Shown: positions 56,212 through 64,000 of the stretch, piece after piece | How positions within the stretch are numbered: the stretch's first letter is position 1 | Layout: each line of letters begins with the position of its first letter | NCBI GenBank assembly: GCA_963695345.1 | Contig: OY968769.1 | Span: 1,984,001-2,048,000 of the forward strand | DNA length: 64,000 nt | Direction: 5' to 3' | Source: an uncultured Methanomassiliicoccales archaeon | GTDB lineage: Archaea > Thermoplasmatota > Thermoplasmata > Methanomassiliicoccales > UBA472 | Notes under the pieces: model-generated | Databases searched by the model: none | What the model was told of the DNA's origin: nothing | The model's input: the letters and a program-made list of their open reading frames with translations, nothing else | Program-made: the position numbers and the translations under genes

Positions 56212-56409
56212 TCGGTCCGCCCGCCCGGTCCTCCCACCGATGCAACGATATGAGCATCATTCCCATATCAGCATAATAACAGTGCCTGGATAACGAGGCA
56301 AGGAAGAGGGCGGAACGGGAGGAGGCCAAGATGGTCGCGGCTTCGATGGAGATGCAAGGTAAGCGATGCCTTCCTTCAGAAACGCCTTGATCGGTCTTTT
56401 CTCCCATGA

Positions 56410-57297
56410 TCATTGCCCGCTGCCTTCCCTTGCGCGGGCTTTCTTGCACCAATCCTGGTCCTCGACATGGATATTGGCAACTATTCCAGGGACTGCGGAT
56501 TCGAGCTCCTTCTCGATCCGGATCGAAAGGTTATGGGCCTCTGATAAAGTCATATCACCGTTCATGCAGATATGAACGTCCATGTAGACCGTGTTGCCAG
56601 ACCTTCGGGTCTTCAGGTCGTGGTATTCCAGGAAGCCCCCTATTCTTTCCAGTGCATCCACGATCAGCTTTTCCTCGTCCTCGCATGCTGAATCCATCAG
56701 GTCGTGGGACGTCTTCCTGAAAACGTCGACCCCCATCTTGATGAGCAGGACCGCCACCACCATTGCGATGAGGGGATCGAGTATGAGCACATTGGTCACG
56801 CTGGCTATGAACAGGCCGACCACCACCCCGACCGATGACATCACGTCGGAGAACAGATGTTTGGAGTCTCCCTCAAGAGCCATCGATCGGTTCTTCCTCG
56901 ACTCTCGAAGCATGATCGTGGCCAATATGCCATTCAATGAGGTCGCTCCCAATGAGATCAAAATACCCAGGTTGACGTCCTGGAATCCGACCGGATCGAA
57001 TATTCGGGCGACCGAGGCCTCCACGATCAGGACAGCGGCCACCATGATGAGCACGCCTTCCACCAGGGCGGAGATGTTCTCAGCCTTCTGGTGCCCGTAC
57101 TTATGGTTCTCGTCCTCCGCCTTGGAGGAAATGGACAAGGCTGCGAACATCATGATCGACGCGACGATGTTGATTATCGATTCAAGGGCGTCCGAGAGCA
57201 AAGCCACCGAATTGGAAGTGAAGTATGCGGCAAGCTTAAGCAGAAAGATGAAAACGCCTACCACTATGGCGAGGACAGCAATCCGTTTCTTGTTCAC
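56410..57297 (-). CDS. Cation diffusion facilitator (FieF-like)
   Basis: SVALLSDALES, HKYGHQKAE, HLFSD, YHDLKTRRSG. Confidence 0.92.
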   Translation of the reverse strand: MNKKRIAVLAIVVGVFIFLLKLAAYFTSNSVALLSDALESIINIVASIMMFAALSISSKAEDENHKYGHQKAENISALVEGVLIMVAAVLIVEASVARIFDPVGFQDVNLGILISLGATSLNGILATIMLRESRKNRSMALEGDSKHLFSDVMSSVGVVVGLFIASVTNVLILDPLIAMVVAVLLIKMGVDVFRKTSHDLMDSACEDEEKLIVDALERIGGFLEYHDLKTRRSGNTVYMDVHICMNGDMTLSEAHNLSIRIEKELESAVPGIVANIHVEDQDWCKKARAREGSGQ

Positions 57298-57577
57298 ATG
57301 TCATTCAGGGAGAGGTTAGATATTAACGTTTCATCCACGGCATGGTTCGGACCGGGGAGAAGGCCGCAGCTAATTCCTATATGAATCATGCGGTTTGATA
57401 GCCACTTCCGTTATTATCTCAATTCGTAGCCAACCGCACACGTTGATAAGCTGTCTTTCTTTTTTCATGGTCCATTCATCTGATCATGTCATCCGATCGC
57501 GGTGGCCGTATTTCGGCGCTGAGCATTGATCGGCGCTCATGAACCGGAGATGGACCGAACATACAGAGGGTGAAGGA

Positions 57578-60500
57578 ATGAGGAAGATCGCCATATTGTT
57601 GCTGAGCCTAGCGCTGTTGCTAACTGGATTGTCATTGATTTCCGACCAGGCCGAGGCGGTGTTGCTGAACGGCCCACCAGGAACCCCCACGGGAGTGGCC
57701 GGGGTAGGATTCATCGACGTCAGCTGGACAGCGGCTCCTGGTACCCCTGCAAATTACTATGTTTATTGGAGCACCGTCAGGGGCACGGGCGGGGGAGTGG
57801 GCGTCGAGGTGAGCGGGTCGAATCCTCGGGATCTCAAACGACCTACCATGTAGCAATGGGCGGCCTGCCAGATTATCCATCGCCGCTCCCTGCTCACTAT
57901 GGGCTGTACTTCCAGATATGCTCGCACTACACGACAGGAGGGGATTACTATTCTGCCTGGACCGCGGTACCTGTACTATTCCGCTGATTACCCTGGCATA
58001 CCCCAGAACCTCCAGGGGTCCAGCTCCGACGGGAACGCCGTCCTTACCTGGGACGCGTCCGCCAATGGAGGCGTCAGCCTCATCAGCTATCATATCTATC
58101 GTTCCACATCTTCCAACACCGAGACTGAGATCGCCACCGTTTCGGGAACGACCCTGACCTACACCGACACATCCGTGGCCGGCGGTCAGGATTACTACTA
58201 CAAGGTGGCAGCGGACAACGGTTACATTGGAACGCTCTCGAGCGAGGTCCTCGTGACCATGCCTCCAGGGAAACCAGGGACCGTGAGGGACCTGCAGGCC
58301 GTTCCCGGGGATGGGATGATGAATCTCACTTGGAGCGCTCCTCTTGGAGATGGCGGATCTGCGATAACCAATTACAAGATCTACAGGTCCACCGAGTCCG
58401 GGGCCGAGGCCTTGATCGACACCACCGCTGATGCGACCCGTTCCTTCCAGGACGGCAGCCTGGTACTGGGGGAGACCTATTACTATCAAGTAACTGCAAT
58501 CAATTCGATCGGCGAGAGCGCCAAATGTACAGAGGTCATGATAACCTTCATCCAGGTCCCAACGGCTCCGCGGGATCTCCAAGCGGAAGTCGGTTCAGGA
58601 CAGATCGAATTGACCTGGCTGGCCCCCCTGGACAACGGAGGCAATCCCATATCTTACTATGGCATAAATCGCCTCAACGTCACCGGGGGCGGGGATTGGT
58701 CACTATGGTATTCATACACCGAAGGCCAGACGTTCTTCAATGACACCGATGTCCAGCTTGGATGCACCTACCGCTACAGCGTCATAGCATACAATGACTA
58801 TTATGAAGGGCCGGAATCGAACATCGTGACCGTTACCTACGCCCTGCTCCCGTCCGAACCGTACAACATCAACCTGGCTCCAGGCGCCGGCACCATGCTG
58901 GTCACCTGGAACGCGCCCAACACCACCGGCGGATCGGCCCTGGTATCCTATTGGGTATACTGGGGCACTTCCCCCGGTGCCCGGACCAATTCAGTCAGCG
59001 CCGGTTTGTCGACGAGTTACACCATTCACGGACTGGCCAACGATACGGTCTACTACATCACGGTGGCAGCCAACAATTCCGCAGGACGCGGTCTTTTCAG
59101 CGGTGAGAAGAGCGCCCAGACGCCGACCGTTCCGGGTGCCGTCGTAGACCTGATGATGATCGCCGGGGATGGGCAGGTGACCCTGGGATGGGCGCCGCCC
59201 TCGTCCAACGGACGCTCGGGGATCACCTACTATTGTGTCTACCGCGGGACAACTGCCGGAAGCCAGACCCATTTCGTGGGGGCTGCCGGTTCCAACTGCA
59301 CCTGGATCGACCGGCCCTTGGTCAACGGACGCACCTACTATTATTCCGTCCATGCGCACAATGCGGTCGGCGTCGGACCTAACACCATCCTGTCCATCAG
59401 TTCCGGCAACCACGCCCGGTTCACCGACCAACATACATGCCGATGGCGGGCATCTTCAGATAACCGTCACCTGGAACCAACCGGTTGCCCTCGGAGGAGG
59501 CATTCTGCATTACCAGATCTACCGCGGATCGACCTGGTCGGACGCCACGCTTCTGAACACCGTGGGCAACGTCACGACCTACGCCGATACCGTGGCCGCG
59601 AACGAGACCTGGTCCTACTGGGTCCTGGGCCAGAACTGGGCCGGGGTCGGCTCCCGGTCGGGACAGGCCACGGCGATCTCGTTCACTGCGCCGAATGCGC
59701 CGATCGTCTCCGCGACCTTCGGCAACGGATTTGTGAACCTGACCTGGTCGCCCTCATCGTTCACCGGTAATACGGTATTGACCGCCTATTCGGTGTACCG
59801 GTCAACCTCTCCCGGAGCGGACGTGCTGCTCGCAAATGCCGGTCTGGCACTGTTCCATAACGACACGACCGCGGTCAACGGGCAGGTCTATTATTATGCC
59901 GTCAAGGCAGCCAACGCGTACTACGTCGGAGCTCCATCGCAGGAGGTCTCCGCAACCCCGTCCTCCGTTCCATCGGCAGTCACCGAACTCGACCTGGCGG
60001 CGGGACTAAGGAACGTGACCGTGGAATGGCAGTCCCCGGCCAACGGGGGCAACGCCATAAACGGATATCTGCTGAAATACGGCACCCTTGCGGAGGGGTT
60101 AACGGAGGATACGGTCCTCGGCAACGTGCACAAGTACGTGGTCACCGGACTCCAGGACAACACCACCTATGTGTTCTCCCTCCAGGCCCAGAACCTGAAC
60201 GGTCATGGGCCGGCATCAGAGGTCCTTCAGGCGACCACCTTCGGACTGCCCTGGAAGGCCGTCCTGTCCGTCCCCGCCGCCGAGAACGACGAGGTCCATC
60301 TGACCTGGACCGCTCCAGCCAACGGCGGTACCGCGATCATCGGCTACAACGTCTACCGGGGAGAGACCTCCGGCGGCGAGTTGCTCATTGCCGAACATGT
60401 CACCGGCCTCTCGTACACCGACGGCTCGGCGATCAATGGCCACACTTATTACTACGTCTTGAGTGCGGTGAACATGGTCGGAGAAGGGTCACCCTCTCAG

Positions 60501-62624
60501 GAGGTATCCGTGACCCCGGCCGGCGTACCCACAGTCCCGATGTTCCTGAGCGTCGAGGGCGGGATCGGAGAGATTCAATTGAGCTGGGAAGCCCCCGTCG
60601 ACATGGGCGGCGATATCCAACATTACGTAATATACCGTTCCCTGGACGGGGACGAAAGCATCCTGGAGACCATCGGCAACGTCACCGAGTATGTCGATAC
60701 CACGACCGAGATCGGCGTCGCATATGGATACCGTGTGGCGGCTTCCAACGGTGCTGGCGAAGGGCCTCGGACAGACCTGGCTCAGGGCACTACCATCTAC
60801 CAGCCCAGCGCCATTTGGATGCTGACCGCCACGGCCGAGGTCGGCTATGCGCACCTGGCATGGGCAAGTCCCACGGACAGCGGCAACTCGGCCCTGTTAG
60901 GATACCGCATATACCGCGGTATCGAGGACGGAACGAAGGCACTCCTGAAAGAGATCGTGGTGGAAGCGCCGTTGGAGAACGCGCTCATGTCCATATTGCT
61001 GACGTACGATGATCGGGCAGTGGTGAACGGCACGAACTATTCCTACGCCATGTCGTCGTTCAACCGCGGCTATGAGAGCATGCTGTCGGAGAACGCGACG
61101 GCAATGCCCTTCAATGTGCCATCGGTCCCCACCGCGGTCACCGTCACCGGAGGAATGAGGAACATCACCGCCTCCTGGTCGGCACCGGCAAATGACAACG
61201 GCAAGGCCGTGACCGGTTACTGGATATCGTTCCAGGCGTCGGCCGGCGGCCAGATATCGTACATCGATGCAGGTCTGGCCATGAACCATCTGTTCGTCGG
61301 CCTGGAGAACGGCACGGCCTACTCGGTCAAAGTGTTGGCCTACAACCTGGCCGGGAACGGGTCGTATTGCGATGCCGTCTCGGGAACGACGTTCGGTCCG
61401 CCGCAGGCCCCGACGGTGAGCTTCACCTCCGGGAACGGATGGGTCAACATGTCCTGGTCGCTGCCGTCCTCGGAGTCGCCGGTGCTCGGATACAAGGTGT
61501 ACCGCAGCCTCGCAGGCGGCGAGATGGCTCTCTACCAGACCCTTGGTCCGGTGACGTTCTTCAACGATTCCTCGCTGGCGAACGGTCAGGGATTCGTCTA
61601 CAAGGTCCAGGCGATCAGTGAACTGGGCATCGGTGAGATGAGCGAAGAGATCTCCGCCATTCCCTCCACGACCCCGGCTTCGCCGACCGGCCTAGTCGCC
61701 ATCAGAGGGAACGGGAACGTCTCACTGAACTGGACCGCTCCGTCCAATGACGGCGGCTCGGCGATAGTGGGGTATGCCATCTACTGCGGCTTGGCGGAAG
61801 GGAGCGAGACCTACCGTGCGACCGTAGCAGGCATGTCGTTCACCGTGAACGACCTGATGAACGGCCAGACCTATTACTTCCGGGTAGCCGCTGTCAACGT
61901 GCGCGGGAACGGGACCCTTAGCTCGGAGGCGACTGCGACCCCGGCGACCGTTCCTGGTCTGCCGACCGGTCTCATCGCCACCCCGACGGTGGGCAAGGTG
62001 GCACTATCCTGGACCGTCCCCTCAAGCGACGGTGGCCTTACGATCGTTGGATACAACGTCTACCGTGGGATTGCCTCTGGTACGATGGTCAAGATCGCTA
62101 ACGTCACGGCGCTAAACTTCACCGATGAGACGGGCGTCCAGGGCGTCGCATACGTGTACAAGGTCACCTGCCACAACGCCGAGGGCGAGGGAGTTGGGAC
62201 CTCGATGTCTGCCGCCTCATTGTATCCGCCGCCAGCCCCGACCAGCGTGAACATCGTGCGTAACGGCAATAGCGCGGTTATCGACTGGACCATGCCGGCC
62301 GGAAACGCTACGAGCGGTGTCGCATCCAGATTCGCCATCTATCGTACCGACGCCTCGGGACAGGAGGTCCTGATCGCTCTGGTGAACGACACTGAGGCCA
62401 GGACGTACACGGACACGGCCGCTCCGGAAGGAACGGCCAACTACCGGGTGCAGGCGGTCTACGGTGACCTGGCCGGGTTCGAGGCTTCCCAAAGCACCGG
62501 GGCAACGCTACCGGCGAAGGCGGCCGGGATGGACTGGTTCCTTCCGATCGTGGCCCTAATGGCGTTCGCGGCGGTTCTGGTGCTGTTCCTGGTGGCCAAG
62601 AGGAGAAAGAAAAAGGAACAATAG
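57578..62624 (+). CDS. Large secreted fibronectin type III repeat surface protein (frameshifts ~57820, ~57975, ~59400)
   Basis: Signal peptide, about 16 LxWxAPxxxGGxxIxxYxIYR..YYYxVxAxN repeats, C-terminal TM helix and KRRKKK tail. Confidence 0.88.
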
Positions 62625-62739
62625 GCGAATCTGCCAAACCTCTTCCAACTCTTTCCCCGATTTTTTCCATCAAGCCATCACGATAGAATTTAGAACGAAG
62701 AATTTATTGAGATAGCCAGACAGATAATATGTTTAAAAA

Positions 62740-62815
62740 TGGTGGGTTCGTCCGGATTTGAACCGGAGTCCACAGGTCCCGAACCTACAAGTTTACCAAG
62801 CTAGCCCACGAACCC
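62740..62815 (-). tRNA. tRNA-Pro(CGG), intronless, CCA encoded
   Basis: GGGTTCG/CGAACCC acceptor stem, anticodon loop TT-CGG-GA, T arm CCGG-TTCAAAT-CCGG. TTTTTAATA upstream. Confidence 0.96.
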
Positions 62816-62844
62816 ATGGGATAATGGGGGAATGGATAGGAGTA

Positions 62845-64000
62845 TTAAAAACCTATCTGCTTTTCTGAGATTTCTCTTTTACTCGGTTTATACCCTCCAA
62901 GTCTTTTTCCTGTCCAACCACATTCTATTGCGAACGAGGATGTTGACCCCCTATCCTTCGAATTATGCCACAAGTGCCAGTTGTCTGAACCATACTCGTT
63001 TATCGGTTCCTTGATAATTAATTCAGACTTGCAACTAAGCTCATCATCCGTGGGTCCCCGAATAGACCGCGATTCATCGCTTATCGCATTTGGCTTACTG
63101 GCGAGAAGCCTACCCAATTCAGATTTACCGATTTGGGCGATGTTCCTTGCCGCGTTCAGATCGGCGTCAAGTTCGAAACCACACTCGACGCACGTAGAAC
63201 CTGGGCCCTTTCCTGCTTTTATGACTGATATGGCCGCATCTCGAACACGTTTGAGATGTAAACATACCATTCACAATTATCGTTTGTTTTCCCAGTTCCT
63301 CCGCCTTATAGATAAGATCTAGTTTGGAATTCATAGTAAGCCCACTGATTCAAATCACGACGGAGTTGCCAATTTGGCGTGCGTTTCGAATTTATACCTT
63401 TCAGGTCCTCCAGGACAAATGTCTTGAAGGGCATTGACGCAATCTGTTTTGTCATTTTGTGGTTTTCACAGGCAACGAACCGTCTCTCTCTTCCTGCAAC
63501 TTTCCTTAGTTTCCTTAGGGCAGAATGAGTGCCTTTTGCCTGTAGCTGGGCTCTTAGATGCGCATATTTTCCCTTGACTCGTTTCAGCTCTTTAGAGTTG
63601 AAGAATACGTTATTCGAACAGACAGCCGGATTGCGCAAACCCCTGTCTATTCCCAGAACGTCCCGCTCATCGGTCTCTGGAGGTTCCGCTTTTTCCAGAA
63701 CCACCAAAAGAAGGAATCTCTTTGAACTTTTTTCGAACTTGAGGTACGAACATACTATTTTCCAGTCTAGATATTTGTTGAAATGCTTTGGAATACTGAA
63801 TGTCGTAACTACACGAGAATTCAAAGCCTGGATAGTCGCATATCCGCTTTCTAGATAGACAGCACGCCCCCCTCCAAGTGTATCTAATGCACGAGATTGG
63901 TGACTTCTTTGGGAGGGTTTTAAATTTTGTCATCTTCAATGCTTCCGTCGCCATAAAACAGGCTGACTGAACCATCGATGATGGAAGACCTGGTATCGCA
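62845..64000 (-). mobile_element. tnpB: TnpB (IS200/IS605-type) RNA-guided nuclease gene, 5' end outside the window, three frameshifts
   Basis: RuvC-I VLGIDRG, RuvC-II FVLEDLKGI, TSQTCSRCG..CVECG zinc finger, RuvC-III DADLNAARNI. Markedly lower GC than the flanks. Confidence 0.9.
63028..63110 (-). ncRNA. Putative partial omegaRNA scaffold overlapping the tnpB 3' end
   Basis: Stems GGCTT/AAGCC, GCGATAAGC/GCTTAGTTGC and GGTC/GACC just after RuvC-III, where TnpB omegaRNAs lie. Confidence 0.45.

Noticed and set aside
56280-56390. Short coding-like stretch LDNEARKRAEREEAKM
   Set aside because: An in-frame TAA lies immediately upstream with no start or SD. At most a remnant.
57845-57853. TAG ending the first FN3 fragment as Pyl read-through
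   Set aside because: The FN3-like sequence continues in another frame from ~57820, which indicates a frameshift.
62740-62815. tRNA-Pro as the attachment site of an integrated island
   Set aside because: No duplicated tRNA end and no integrase seen in the window.
62625-63110. CRISPR array / Cas12f locus beside TnpB
   Set aside because: No repeat-spacer periodicity and no cas genes in the window.

Overview
GC-rich archaeal chromosome segment, most consistent with Methanomassiliicoccales/Thermoplasmata (inferred from aroA'/aroB', GHMP shikimate kinase, DUF39 sulfurtransferase, pelota, methanogen-type CbiD, zinc-ribbon proteins and GGTGA/GGAGG SD sites). It is mostly housekeeping. In order it holds a his operon, an 11-gene aro-tyrA-asd-homocysteine operon, carAB, pelota, homocitrate synthase with aconitase subunits, a pst/phoU locus with a tandem PstS, an isocitrate-type dehydrogenase, cbiDEA, gpmA, a large Ig-like surface protein, a zinc-ribbon operon, a sensor kinase opposite hemerythrin and rubredoxin, a large FN3 surface protein, tRNA-Pro(CGG) and a TnpB gene at the right edge. 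About 30 single-base frameshifts interrupt otherwise intact genes and are probably sequencing indels. The main unexplained signal is non-coding. At least six unrelated transcription units have ~100-190 nt leaders in which a long-range helix opens at the predicted TSS and closes upstream of the start codon, and several are followed by CGAACA. All folding was done by eye and is unvalidated. No CRISPR array, rRNA or reverse transcriptase was seen.
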